Position numbers and translations under genes: made by a program
Assembly: GCA_964415615.1 (NCBI GenBank)
Contig: CAYQAW010000005.1
Coordinates: 1,902 to 65,901, forward strand
Length of the DNA: 64,000 bases
Source: an uncultured Gammaproteobacteria bacterium
Lineage (GTDB): Bacteria > Patescibacteriota > Microgenomatia > Daviesbacterales > UBA10151
Direction: 5' to 3'
Part shown: piece by piece, positions 39,028 to 48,502 of the stretch
How the letters are laid out: each line of letters starts with the position of its first letter
How positions within the stretch are numbered: the stretch's first letter is position 1
The notes under the pieces: generated by a model
Database searches by the model: none
The model's input: only the letters and a program-made list of their open reading frames with translations
What the model was told of the DNA's origin: nothing

Positions 39028-41391
39028 ATGCCCCAAAAGTACACTTTACTTTTTGAAGAAGTAAATATTGATGATGTTACTGAAGTAGGTGGTAAAAATG
39101 CTTCTTTAGGGGAGATGATCCAGCAGTTAAAGGATATTAGAATTCCTAGCGGATTCGTAGTGACTGCTACTGCGTATAAACAGTTCCTTGCAGAAACAGG
39201 ACTTGATAAGTATATTAGCGAACAGCTAAAAGATCTAAATACTAGAAATTTAAAAGACTTACAAATAAAGGGTAAAAACATTAGAGAAAAGATTATTAGT
39301 ACTTCTTTTCCTGATGAGTTAAATCAAGCAATCCAATCTGCTTTCGAGGCAACTGAAAAAAGATATGGCAAAGGAGCAGATTTTGCAGTCAGGTCTTCTG
39401 CTACAGCTGAAGATTTGCCAGAAGCTTCATTTGCAGGAGAGCATGAAACTTATTTAAACATTAGAGGGTTGGAAAATATTTTGAGAGCCATTAAAGCAGC
39501 AATGGCTTCACTTTTTACCAATAGGGCTATATCTTACAGGGTAGATAAAGGATTTAATCATTTGAAGGTTTATCTATCTGTGGGAGTACAAAAAATGGCC
39601 AGATCAGATTTAGGTTGTTCTGGAGTAATGTTTTCTCTGGATACTGAAACAGGTTTTTCTAATGTGGTATTAATCAATTCTTCCTGGGGTTTAGGAGAGA
39701 TGATAGTTCAGGGTGAGGTTACTCCTGATGAGTTTTTAGTCTTTAAAAAAACTGCTACCATTATTGATAAAAAATTAGGAGTTAAGAATAAGAAAATGAT
39801 TTATGGAAGTGATGCTCCTACAAAAATTGTGCAAACTTCAGAAAAAGAAAAACAAACACTTACTCTTTCAGATAAAGAAATTCTAACACTTGCCAGATGG
39901 GCTATGAAAATTGAAGATCATTACAGCAAGAAAAAAGGCAAATGGACACCTATGGATATGGAGTGGGCAAAGGATGGTATTGATAATAGACTCTATATTA
40001 TCCAAGCCAGGCCTGAAACTATTCATGCAGTCAGGGATTTATCTAAGCTTAAAGAATATATATTAGAAGAAACTGGAGAAAAAATAGTAAGTGGCGCATC
40101 AGTGGGAAGCAAGATTGCAACAGGTAGGGCAAGAATTATCTTTGATCCCAAAGATATTGAGGAATTCAAAGAAGGGGAAGTTTTAATTACTAAAATGACA
40201 GATCCTGATTGGGAGCCAATTATGAAGATTGCTTCAGCAATTGTTACTGATCAAGGAGGAAGGACTTCACATGCAGCAATAGTTTCAAGGGAACTGGGGA
40301 TTCCAGCAATTGTTGGTTGTATTGATGCCACAACTAAAATTAAAAACGGACAGGATTTAACTGTTGATTGCTCCCAGGATTTAGGTACAGTTTATAAAGG
40401 CAAATTAAAGTTTAAAATTGTCGAGCACGATACTAAAAATATTCCTCAAACAAAAACTCATATTATGATGAATATTGCAACACCTCAGACAGCTTTTGAA
40501 AAATCTTTTTTACCAAATGAAGGGGTAGGACTTGCCAGGGAAGAATTTATTATTACCTCAGAAATTGGGATTCATCCTCTGGCTTTAATAAATTATGAAA
40601 AATTACCAAAACTGCTACAGAAAAAAATTGATAAAGTTACTGTTGGGTATTCTGATAAAAAGCAATTTTATGTTGATAGATTAGCTTACGGTGTTGCTAA
40701 AATCTCAGCTGCTTTTTTCCCAAATCCAGTTATTGTCCGTTTTTCTGATTTTAAAACTAATGAATACAGATCACTTTTAGGAGGATATTTATTTGAGCCA
40801 AATGAAGAAAATCCTATGATTGGTTGGAGAGGGGCCTCTAGATATTATTCTCCAGATTTTGCTCCTGCTTTTGTATTAGAGCTTGAAGCTATTAAAAAGG
40901 TAATTGGAGAAATGAGTTTAACAAATACTGTAGTGATGGTGCCTTTTTGCAGGACTCCAGAAGAAGGTAAAAAAGTTTTAGATTTGATGGAAAAAAATGG
41001 AGTTTCAAAAAAAGAGTTTAAAGATTTAAAAGTTTATGTGATGTGTGAAATTCCTGCTAATGTAATAATTGCTGATGAGTTTTTGCAAGTGTTTGATGGG
41101 ATGAGTATTGGCAGCAATGATTTAACACAGCTTACTTTAGGTATTGATAGGGATGGAAATGAAAAAATAAAAGGCATCTCTAATGAAAATGATCCAGCTG
41201 TTAAAGAATTAATCAGGCAGGTAATCAAGAAATGTAAAGCAAAAGGAAAATATATAGGTATCTGTGGTCAAGCCCCTTCTGATTATCCAGACTTTGTAAA
41301 GTTTTTGGTAGAAGAAGGTATAGATAGTATGTCTTTAAATCCTGACTCCATCATTAAAACTATACTTGCTGTGCATAAATTGGAATCTTGA
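39028..41391 (+). CDS. ppsA: Phosphoenolpyruvate synthase (pyruvate, water dikinase)
   Basis: Phospho-His domain GGRTSHAAIVSRELGIPAIVG, PEP-utilising C-terminal domain; 787 aa. Confidence 0.9.
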   Translation: MPQKYTLLFEEVNIDDVTEVGGKNASLGEMIQQLKDIRIPSGFVVTATAYKQFLAETGLDKYISEQLKDLNTRNLKDLQIKGKNIREKIISTSFPDELNQAIQSAFEATEKRYGKGADFAVRSSATAEDLPEASFAGEHETYLNIRGLENILRAIKAAMASLFTNRAISYRVDKGFNHLKVYLSVGVQKMARSDLGCSGVMFSLDTETGFSNVVLINSSWGLGEMIVQGEVTPDEFLVFKKTATIIDKKLGVKNKKMIYGSDAPTKIVQTSEKEKQTLTLSDKEILTLARWAMKIEDHYSKKKGKWTPMDMEWAKDGIDNRLYIIQARPETIHAVRDLSKLKEYILEETGEKIVSGASVGSKIATGRARIIFDPKDIEEFKEGEVLITKMTDPDWEPIMKIASAIVTDQGGRTSHAAIVSRELGIPAIVGCIDATTKIKNGQDLTVDCSQDLGTVYKGKLKFKIVEHDTKNIPQTKTHIMMNIATPQTAFEKSFLPNEGVGLAREEFIITSEIGIHPLALINYEKLPKLLQKKIDKVTVGYSDKKQFYVDRLAYGVAKISAAFFPNPVIVRFSDFKTNEYRSLLGGYLFEPNEENPMIGWRGASRYYSPDFAPAFVLELEAIKKVIGEMSLTNTVVMVPFCRTPEEGKKVLDLMEKNGVSKKEFKDLKVYVMCEIPANVIIADEFLQVFDGMSIGSNDLTQLTLGIDRDGNEKIKGISNENDPAVKELIRQVIKKCKAKGKYIGICGQAPSDYPDFVKFLVEEGIDSMSLNPDSIIKTILAVHKLES

Positions 41392-41417
41392 CAATGTAAT
41401 ACAAATGTAATACAATA
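41392..41417 (+). repeat. Tandem 12-mer (aatgtaatacaa x2) in the brnT promoter region; putative operator
   Basis: caATGTAATACAAATGTAATACAAtatt, seen directly in the sequence. Confidence 0.5.
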
Positions 41418-41696
41418 TTGACCAGAATAGTAATTAGAAAATTGATTTGGGATGATTGGAATGTTGAACATATTAAGAAGCATAATGTTATACAGTCTGA
41501 AGTCGAGGAAGTAGCTAAAAATATTGTAACTCATCGGAAATCTAAGCTAGGTAGATATCTAATAATTGGGAGAAGTGGTTCAAGAATAATATCTGTAGCT
41601 ATTAGTAGAAAAGAAATTGGAGTTTACTATCCAGTTACAGCAAGAGATTCAGCCAGAAAAGAAAGGAGGCTAGTGTATGAAAAAGAAAAAATTTAA
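41418..41696 (+). CDS. brnT: BrnT-like (DUF497) ribonuclease toxin
   Basis: LIWDDWNVEHIKKHNV matches the BrnT F-x-WD-x-x-N-x-x-H-I-x-x-H-G-V signature; 92 aa. Confidence 0.7.
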   Translation: MTRIVIRKLIWDDWNVEHIKKHNVIQSEVEEVAKNIVTHRKSKLGRYLIIGRSGSRIISVAISRKEIGVYYPVTARDSARKERRLVYEKEKI

Positions 41697-41952
41697 ATTT
41701 CCTGATTTTAATAAAATGACTTATGAAGAAGAAGCAAATTGGTGGGATACCCATGATTGGGGAGAGTTTTGGGATGAACTTGAGGAAGTTGATATAGTAG
41801 TGGATCTCCACAAGCCTAAAGATGAAACTATCATAGTGAGGTTGCAAAAACAATTTAAGGATAAACTGGCAAAAGTTGCTAAATCAAAGGGTTTAAATAT
41901 GTCTGCCTTGGCGCGTCTGTGGTTAATGGAAAAACTCCAATCCAGCCACTAA
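41677..41952 (+). CDS. brnA: BrnA-like antitoxin
   Basis: Overlaps brnT by 20 nt. C-terminal RHH-like ...VRLQKQFKDKLAKVAKSKGLNMSALARLWLME. Confidence 0.65.
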   Translation: MKKKKFKFPDFNKMTYEEEANWWDTHDWGEFWDELEEVDIVVDLHKPKDETIIVRLQKQFKDKLAKVAKSKGLNMSALARLWLMEKLQSSH

Positions 41953-41957
41953 GACTT

Positions 41958-41982
41958 TACCAATTTGTAACGATCGGTCAAT
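41958..41982 (-). repeat. Inverted third copy of the TTGAC(C)GATCGTTACAAAT motif, adjacent to the palindromic tttagctaaa
   Basis: Reverse complement attgaccgatcgttacaaattggta versus cttgacgatcgttacaaataagta at 31688-31711. Confidence 0.55.
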
Positions 41983-42039
41983 TTAGCTAAAGTTCAATCT
42001 GTTCAAGAATATATATCCTATTCTACATACCATTGACTT

Positions 42040-42366
42040 TTGTACGAAAGTGTACTAATATGTACATATATGACACAAGTAATGAAAGCATCTGAAGCCA
42101 GGCAACAATGGTCTCAGTTGCTAAATAACGTATTCCGTAATCAGGCTAGGGTAGTAGTTGAAAAGAGCGGTATTCCCATCGCAGCTGTAATTTCAACTGG
42201 AGAGTTAAAGCGTTTTATTCAGTTAGAAGAACAGAGAAAAAAGCATTTCAAAGCTTTGGATAGAATGAGAGCAGCGTTTAAAGATGTTCCTGCCAAAAAG
42301 TTAGAGCAAGAGATTAGTAAAGCTTTAGCTGAAGTTAGATTGGAAAAACGAAAACAACTAAAGTGA
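42040..42366 (+). CDS. Phd/YefM-family antitoxin
   Basis: MKASEARQQWSQLLNNV...ARVVVEKSGIPIAAVIS matches the Phd/YefM N-terminus. The true start is probably an internal Met. Confidence 0.65.
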   Translation: MYESVLICTYMTQVMKASEARQQWSQLLNNVFRNQARVVVEKSGIPIAAVISTGELKRFIQLEEQRKKHFKALDRMRAAFKDVPAKKLEQEISKALAEVRLEKRKQLK

Positions 42367-42608
42367 TTTCAGCAGTTTTGGATACTAATGTTTTGGCATC
42401 AGGTACTATAAGTTATTCAACTCCTCCAGGACAAATACTAAATGCTTGGCGCAATGGTAAGTTTGAACTATTAAGCGCCAAAGCAAGTTATTTCATAACA
42501 GGGGATGGGTCGTTGCTCCGTAGAGTTGGCCCAATTTATAAAGGAGTGACTTTTCTTAGTCCTGGGGATTTTGTTAAGATACTCAAAGGAAGGATTAATG
42601 AAAATTGA
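42363..42608 (+). pseudogene. PIN-domain toxin with an in-frame internal deletion (81 aa against ~135 aa); probably inactive
   Basis: N-terminal VLDTNVL...RNGKFELL and C-terminal YFITGDGSLL...GVTFLSPGDFVKIL match the two ends of TIGR00305-type PIN toxins. The ~55-aa middle is missing. Confidence 0.5.
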
Positions 42609-43773
42609 GGATATAAAGCTTAAGGTTATTTCTGATTCCAGAGGACAAGATACGCTAGAGGCTACATTAAAATCTGGAGGTTTTGCGTCTATTGCTTCTG
42701 TTCCTGCTGGAAAGAGTAAAGGAAAATTTGAAACAACTTCTATTGAGCCAAGTTTGGCCATCAGTAAATTTGAAGAGATAAAACAAGAAATCTTAAGCAA
42801 AGATTTTTCCTCAGTTTCAGATCTTGATGACCTCTTAATAGAGTTAGATGGAACTGATGATAAATCTAATCTCGGAGGGAATTTAATTTTAGTTTTATCA
42901 ATTGCTTTTACCAAACTTTTAGCAAAGATAAATAATCTGCAAACATATCAGCTAATTGGGCAAATATTAGGGAAGGATAATAAAAAGTTTCCTTATCTTT
43001 ACTTTAATTTAATAGGAGGAGGGTTACATGCCCAGAATAGCTTGCCTTTTCAGGAATATATCCTGGTTACAAAATTTGATTCCCCTGCGAAAGGGTTACG
43101 ATTTGCTCAGGATATGGTAGGAAAATTAGGAGAAGATATAGCAAAAAATTTTGGAGAAATAAGAAGAGGAGATGAGGGAGCCTATACTATAAGAAGTGAT
43201 GATCCAGAGTTAGGTCTTAAGGTATTGCAAGGAAATCTAGAAGAGACAGAGGTAAGTTTAGCTCTGGACGTCGCAGCCTCAACTTTTTTCCAGAATGGCT
43301 CTTATAACATAGGAGATAAAATCATGAGTAGAGTTGATTTACTTTCCTACTATGAACTACTTACTACCAACTATAAACTCTTATCTATAGAAGATCCTTT
43401 TTCTGAAAATGATATAGAAGGATTTATTGAAATTTGTCAAAAATTTAAAGGGTCTTTGTGGGTTATTGCAGATGATTTAACAGTTACCAATCCAAAGTTA
43501 ATTAAAAAAGCTGGCAAGGAAAAGGCTGCTTCTGGAATTATAATAAAACCGAACCAAATAGGTTCTGTGTCAGAAACTCTTGAGGCTGTAAGGTTGGCGC
43601 AGAGTTTTGGGTGGAAGATAATTGTTTCTCATAGATCGGGAGAAACTATGGATGATTTTATTGCTGACTTGGCTTTTGGAGTAGGAGCAGACGGATTAAA
43701 GAGTGGTGCTCCAACACAACCACAAAGATTGGTAAAATATGAAAGATTGATGGAAATAGAAAGGAGTATCTAA
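42598..43773 (+). CDS. eno: Enolase
   Basis: SHRSGET, IKPNQIGS motifs. Start chosen at MKIEDIKLKVISDSRG. Confidence 0.9.
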   Translation: MKIEDIKLKVISDSRGQDTLEATLKSGGFASIASVPAGKSKGKFETTSIEPSLAISKFEEIKQEILSKDFSSVSDLDDLLIELDGTDDKSNLGGNLILVLSIAFTKLLAKINNLQTYQLIGQILGKDNKKFPYLYFNLIGGGLHAQNSLPFQEYILVTKFDSPAKGLRFAQDMVGKLGEDIAKNFGEIRRGDEGAYTIRSDDPELGLKVLQGNLEETEVSLALDVAASTFFQNGSYNIGDKIMSRVDLLSYYELLTTNYKLLSIEDPFSENDIEGFIEICQKFKGSLWVIADDLTVTNPKLIKKAGKEKAASGIIIKPNQIGSVSETLEAVRLAQSFGWKIIVSHRSGETMDDFIADLAFGVGADGLKSGAPTQPQRLVKYERLMEIERSI

Positions 43774-43774
43774 T

Positions 43775-44389
43775 ATGGCTTATTTAGTCTTAGTTAGACA
43801 TGGGGAGTCAACCTGGAATGCCAAAGGAATTTGGACAGGAATTACGGATATAGAGTTAACTGAAAAAGGCAGGCAAGAGGCTAGAATTGCGGCAAAAGTA
43901 ATTGCTGATATTAATTTCCAAGCTGCATTTGTTTCTCCTTTAAAAAGATCAGAAGAGACTTTGCAAGAAATGGAGAAAATTTGGGGAGTAAAATTGCCTA
44001 GATTAATAAGTGAAGCTATAACTGAAAGAGACTATGGAGATTATACTGGTAAAAATAAATGGCAAGTTAAAAAAGAAATAGGCGATGAAGCTTTTTTGAA
44101 GCTCCGTAGAAGTTGGGATTACCCTGTGCCAAATGGTGAATCCTTAAAACAGGTTTATCAAAGAGCTGTTCCTTACTACCAGGAACAAATTTTACCTAAA
44201 TTAAAGATGGGTAAAAATGTGGTGGTTTCAGCTCATGGTAATTCTTTGAGGGCTTTGGTCAAATTTCTAGATAATATTTCTGATGCAGATATTGCCAACC
44301 TAGAAATCCCCACTGGTCAGGTAATAGTTTATTCAATTGATCAGGAAGGAAAAATTACCTCTAAAGAAATTAGAGGACCTCTTACATAA
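43775..44389 (+). CDS. gpmA: 2,3-bisphosphoglycerate-dependent phosphoglycerate mutase
   Basis: LVRHGESTWN catalytic His motif. Confidence 0.85.
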   Translation: MAYLVLVRHGESTWNAKGIWTGITDIELTEKGRQEARIAAKVIADINFQAAFVSPLKRSEETLQEMEKIWGVKLPRLISEAITERDYGDYTGKNKWQVKKEIGDEAFLKLRRSWDYPVPNGESLKQVYQRAVPYYQEQILPKLKMGKNVVVSAHGNSLRALVKFLDNISDADIANLEIPTGQVIVYSIDQEGKITSKEIRGPLT

Positions 44390-44436
44390 CTCTTCTGAGT
44401 TTTTCATCCAAAACAAGATCAAAAGGAGGTGGGTAT

Positions 44437-44508
44437 ATGCCTAAATTTGGATTTTTATCATATAATACTGCAAGAGATATATGGAGAATGATTTTACTGT
44501 CGGTTTAA
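44437..44508 (+). CDS. 23-codon upstream ORF (MPKFGFLSYNTARDIWRMILLSV) with a perfect SD, overlapping the start of the next gene out of frame
   Basis: AAAGGAGGTGGGTAT-ATG. The main ORF at 44481 has no SD of its own. Confidence 0.3.
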   Translation: MPKFGFLSYNTARDIWRMILLSV

Positions 44509-45413
44509 GATTGAGGCATCAGAGAGATAGAAGAAAAAAACTGATCAGAGCTGGAATATTTATTTTTGTAGGAGTGATCAGCATATATCTGATTTTTAAT
44601 CAGTTTAATAAGACAAATAATTCAACTACTAAAAATACTCAGGTCAAAATTAGCTCTTTGGAAGAAACTGTAGGTAATGCTTTGGAAGGAACAAAAGGAA
44701 CTTATGCAATTGCTGTAAAGAATTTAAAAACAGGTGAAAAATATTATTTAGATGAACATAGAGTTTTTGAGACAGGAAGTCTTTATAAGTTATGGATTAT
44801 GGCAGTAGTTTACCAGCAAATTCAGAATGGGCAGTTAACCGAAGATCAGGTTTTAAGTGAAGACGTAGCTACTTTGAATGATAAATTTAATATTGATTCG
44901 GATTCTGCGGAGCTGACAGAAGGAACAATCACATTTACAGTCCGTGATGCCCTAAATCAAATGATTACTATTTCTCACAATTATGCTGCTTTACTTTTAA
45001 CAGAGCAAATAAAATTATCTTCTGTGGCCACTTTCTTAAAAGATAAAGGTTTTTCCGAGTCAATAGTGGGAACTAATGGCGAGTCTCCAACAGCTACAGC
45101 TTCTGATATAGCCCTTTTTTATGAAAAGTTATACAAAGGTGAACTAGCCAATAAACAATACACAGACGAAATGATCGGTTTGTTAAAAAACCAGCAACTT
45201 AATGATGGCTTACCTAAATATATATCAGATAAGTCAATGGTTGCCAGTAAAACTGGGGATATTGGTTGGTTTAAACATGATGCAGGGATAGTTTTTACAG
45301 ATAGAGGAGATTACATCATAGTAATTATGTCTGAAAGTGATAATCCTCAAGCTGCCCAAGAGAGAATAGCCTTAGTTTCCAAAGCAGTTTTTGATTATTT
45401 TGCAAACAAATAG
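44481..45413 (+). CDS. Membrane-anchored class-A beta-lactamase-like serine hydrolase
   Basis: SxxK (SLYK), SxN (SHN) and KTG triads in the right order and spacing. N-terminal signal anchor. Confidence 0.65.
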   Translation: MENDFTVGLRLRHQRDRRKKLIRAGIFIFVGVISIYLIFNQFNKTNNSTTKNTQVKISSLEETVGNALEGTKGTYAIAVKNLKTGEKYYLDEHRVFETGSLYKLWIMAVVYQQIQNGQLTEDQVLSEDVATLNDKFNIDSDSAELTEGTITFTVRDALNQMITISHNYAALLLTEQIKLSSVATFLKDKGFSESIVGTNGESPTATASDIALFYEKLYKGELANKQYTDEMIGLLKNQQLNDGLPKYISDKSMVASKTGDIGWFKHDAGIVFTDRGDYIIVIMSESDNPQAAQERIALVSKAVFDYFANK

Positions 45414-46441
45414 TCCTGGTAAAAATTAAGACTTCGAGAAACTGCGCCTGCCCAACCATTGGGTTGTAAATTATGATCTGCGCCAGGATATGTAAAATAT
45501 GTTACATCAACCTTATCTTTTTTGAGTGTTTTAACAAGATTATCAGACCACCATACAGGTACTTCCTGGTCTGCTGCACCTTGATTTATTTCTATGGGTG
45601 CTTTGATCCATTGGTAATAATTGATAGGGGAAAATTGCTCAGTATCATAATCCTGCTCGAAATTTGCAAGAGCTTTACGTAATGCTTTACCTTGATCATC
45701 AGATTCGTCTGTGTAATATAAAATAGAATAAGGGAAGGATTTTGAGACCGGTGCCCACAGTACTGTTGGGTATGGCAGCCCGCTTATAGCCAGAGTTGAC
45801 AACGCAATTTGTCCACCATTGCTGTGTCCCCAGATACCAACTTTTTCTATATCAGCTTTAATTTTTCCTGAATAGCTGGCTTCTAAACCAGCATTGAGTG
45901 TTGGCAGTGATGATAAAAGTGTCAAAGCAGTTGTGTAGGTTTGTAATCTATCCTCAAATCCATTAGCAGAGGCATTATCTGACTGCCCATATCCTAAAAA
46001 ATCTGCAGCCAATGTAATAAACCCGTTTTGGGCAAAGACTTTAGCTGAAGGCTGCGTACCAATGCCTGACTTGTAGGTTTCTTTTGGCACAAAACCGCGG
46101 AACATGATAATAACTGGGTATGTGCCAGGTTTTATTGGTAGATTAAGCACTCCGCTCACTTTTTTCATAGTTGTGCTACCAGGAGTTTGGGGAATTGAGA
46201 AATAAAATATCTGTGAAAGAAAATTAGGATTTTCCTGAGTTTCACTGACTTTGTGACCAACTGTTATTTGAGTTTGGGGGAATTTAGTTTGCCTAAGATT
46301 TTCAAAGGTATAAGCCAATAAGGGTTTGGGTTTGGGAGCTGTTTGTATAAGGGGAGACAAGAGGGGTTGTTTTGGATTTAGAAAATAAATAAATATTACT
46401 AAGGCAACTGGGATTAAAATAATAAATATTATTTTTTTCAT
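45395..46441 (-). CDS. Secreted alpha/beta hydrolase (S9 / dienelactone-hydrolase-like)
   Basis: Nucleophile elbow GHSNGG. N-terminal TM/signal. Confidence 0.6.
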   Translation of the reverse strand: MKKIIFIILIPVALVIFIYFLNPKQPLLSPLIQTAPKPKPLLAYTFENLRQTKFPQTQITVGHKVSETQENPNFLSQIFYFSIPQTPGSTTMKKVSGVLNLPIKPGTYPVIIMFRGFVPKETYKSGIGTQPSAKVFAQNGFITLAADFLGYGQSDNASANGFEDRLQTYTTALTLLSSLPTLNAGLEASYSGKIKADIEKVGIWGHSNGGQIALSTLAISGLPYPTVLWAPVSKSFPYSILYYTDESDDQGKALRKALANFEQDYDTEQFSPINYYQWIKAPIEINQGAADQEVPVWWSDNLVKTLKKDKVDVTYFTYPGADHNLQPNGWAGAVSRSLNFYQDYLFAK

Positions 46442-46468
46442 ATAAGTAAGTATTATAATATTTTAGAT

Positions 46469-47596
46469 ATGCAAAAAGTATTGATAGCTTTGGTTGGAAT
46501 AATAATTGGGGTTTTAGGTACTTATCTTATTGCCTCACATATAATTTCCGTACCTCTTATTAGTCCGCAAAAGCAAGTGATTGGATTTTTGCCATATTGG
46601 TTGCTGGACAAAATGGACAAAGATTATTCAAAATTTATTACCACACTTGCTTATTTCAGTTTGACTATTGATACAGATGGAAGCATATTAAAACTAAGCA
46701 GCCCCCAAGAGACAGAACCAGGTTGGAATGCTCTTAAATCAGGAAAGTTAGATGTTATTTTTAGTAATATGACCAAAAATAGAGTTAAGCTATCACTGGT
46801 GGTCTTTGCAGGTGATGAGCAGTCAATATATTCTCTAATAGATGATCCTATACCACATGCTAAAAACTTAGTTGATGCAGTTGCTCCAGTTATGAAGCAA
46901 TATTCTTTTTCTGATCTTAATTTAGATATAGAAAGCTCGAAAGAGGCATCGGAGGAGGCAAGATTGAAGTTTACTCAATTTATTAGAGAGGTCAAAAATG
47001 GTTTGGACAAAAATCAGTTAGGAACACTGACTGTAGATGTAAGTCCAACAATTTTTATTAAGAAATATTTAATTGATCCAAATAGCATTGGTTCTATTGC
47101 TGATTATATATTGATAATGGGTTATGACTATCATTATCCAGGATCACTTGTTACAGGGCCAGTTGCGCCATTATATGGAGCAGGCAGCATTGCAGAATTT
47201 GATACTAATGTTCCGGTGCAACTTGCTTTAAAAATTATTCCCAAACAAAAAATAATATTAGGATTACCTTTGTATGGTTATGAATGGGAAACTATAACTA
47301 ATTTTCCCAGATCAGCTACTATTCCAGCTTCCTCTCTTATTTCCAGTAATAGAAGAGTAGAGCAGTTTTTAAAATCTTGTGCAACCTGCAGCGCTCAGGT
47401 AGATAATGTGGCAAAGGAGCAATATTTGATCTACAGGGATGCTGAAACAGGCACATATCATCAGGTTTTCTATCCAGATAAACAGTCAATGATAGATAAA
47501 GTCAGCTTTACCAAGGAGGTTGATTTAGGTGGTATTGGTCTTTGGGCATTAGGGTATGAGGGATCTACAATCTTGGAAGGGTTATCTCCCTGGTGA
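46469..47596 (+). CDS. Glycoside hydrolase family 18-like protein (variant catalytic motif DLNLDIE)
   Basis: GH18 DxxDxDxE region present with the middle Asp replaced by Asn. MGYDYH motif. N-terminal TM. Confidence 0.6.
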   Translation: MQKVLIALVGIIIGVLGTYLIASHIISVPLISPQKQVIGFLPYWLLDKMDKDYSKFITTLAYFSLTIDTDGSILKLSSPQETEPGWNALKSGKLDVIFSNMTKNRVKLSLVVFAGDEQSIYSLIDDPIPHAKNLVDAVAPVMKQYSFSDLNLDIESSKEASEEARLKFTQFIREVKNGLDKNQLGTLTVDVSPTIFIKKYLIDPNSIGSIADYILIMGYDYHYPGSLVTGPVAPLYGAGSIAEFDTNVPVQLALKIIPKQKIILGLPLYGYEWETITNFPRSATIPASSLISSNRRVEQFLKSCATCSAQVDNVAKEQYLIYRDAETGTYHQVFYPDKQSMIDKVSFTKEVDLGGIGLWALGYEGSTILEGLSPW

Positions 47597-48191
47597 GATC
47601 GTTAAAAATTAGCTGTTTTCCTTCATTTATTGTGACTTCCTGGCTGATATTTTCTGCATCATTGTAAGCTATTGTTGCCTCTCCTTTTTTAATATTAATA
47701 GTAATATGAGGTTTATCTTTGCTTATTGAAACAATCATATCTCCTGAAGTTTGCTGTATTAAAAGATGCAGTACTCTTGCAGATATATTTTCTTTTCCTA
47801 ATTTTTGATATTGTACTGAACCTTTGCTTTGAACAAGGACTATATTTGCAGGTAAAGTTTGGGCAAAGTTGATTTGTGAGTCTGGAGAAATTTTTATCAG
47901 GGAAACACCAGGAAATTCTATGGTTAGCTTACCAGTGTAGTCAGTTTCTATTTGTTCTCCTTGCTGGATAAATGTTGGTAAATTTACCCGGGCAGCCTCA
48001 GTTGCCATTCTTGATTGCCATTTAATAATACCAGAAAAAGTAGCAATTTTCCCCTGCAGTGATTCAGTCGGGGCTTTTTGCAGGCTGAATGAAGTTTGAG
48101 TTGATTTTTGTTTAGTGAGTTTAACAAAAGAAATCATTAATATGCTACCTAAGATAATTGAGAAGATAAATATAATAATGTAGGTCTTCAT
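47565..48191 (-). CDS. Hypothetical membrane-anchored protein (FecR-like beta-rich region)
   Basis: N-terminal TM. No catalytic motifs. Confidence 0.4.
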   Translation of the reverse strand: MKTYIIIFIFSIILGSILMISFVKLTKQKSTQTSFSLQKAPTESLQGKIATFSGIIKWQSRMATEAARVNLPTFIQQGEQIETDYTGKLTIEFPGVSLIKISPDSQINFAQTLPANIVLVQSKGSVQYQKLGKENISARVLHLLIQQTSGDMIVSISKDKPHITINIKKGEATIAYNDAENISQEVTINEGKQLIFNDLTREITLPRL

Positions 48192-48502
48192 CAGTGCCAG
48201 TTTTCCTTATGATATCATTTTTTCTGTTGTTGACTCCTTACTTAATCAAGATATATATTTAATTATAGGGGGTGGTAAAGTATAAAACTTAATAGTTTTC
48301 TTAAAATTTCAGGTTTCATATTTTCAGCAAAGGCTGTTTTCGGAGTACTTTATTTGCTTTTAGGCTGGCAGGCTACTATAGCAGGGTGGGTTATACCAGT
48401 ATGGTTAGTGGCAGTGGCAGTTGTGGCAGATGCGCTTCTAGCCAGCGCAGCATTTAATTTTGTAAAAAAGTAACTTTTTGACTGAAAATATGGTATTCTA
48501 AA

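Noticed and set aside
48340-48474. GC-richer hydrophobic mini-ORF (…LLLGWQATIAGWVIPVWLVAVAVVADALLASAAFNFVKK) in the 48192-48502 spacer
   Set aside because: No ATG or obvious start and no SD. It may be a small membrane peptide, but it is unsupported.
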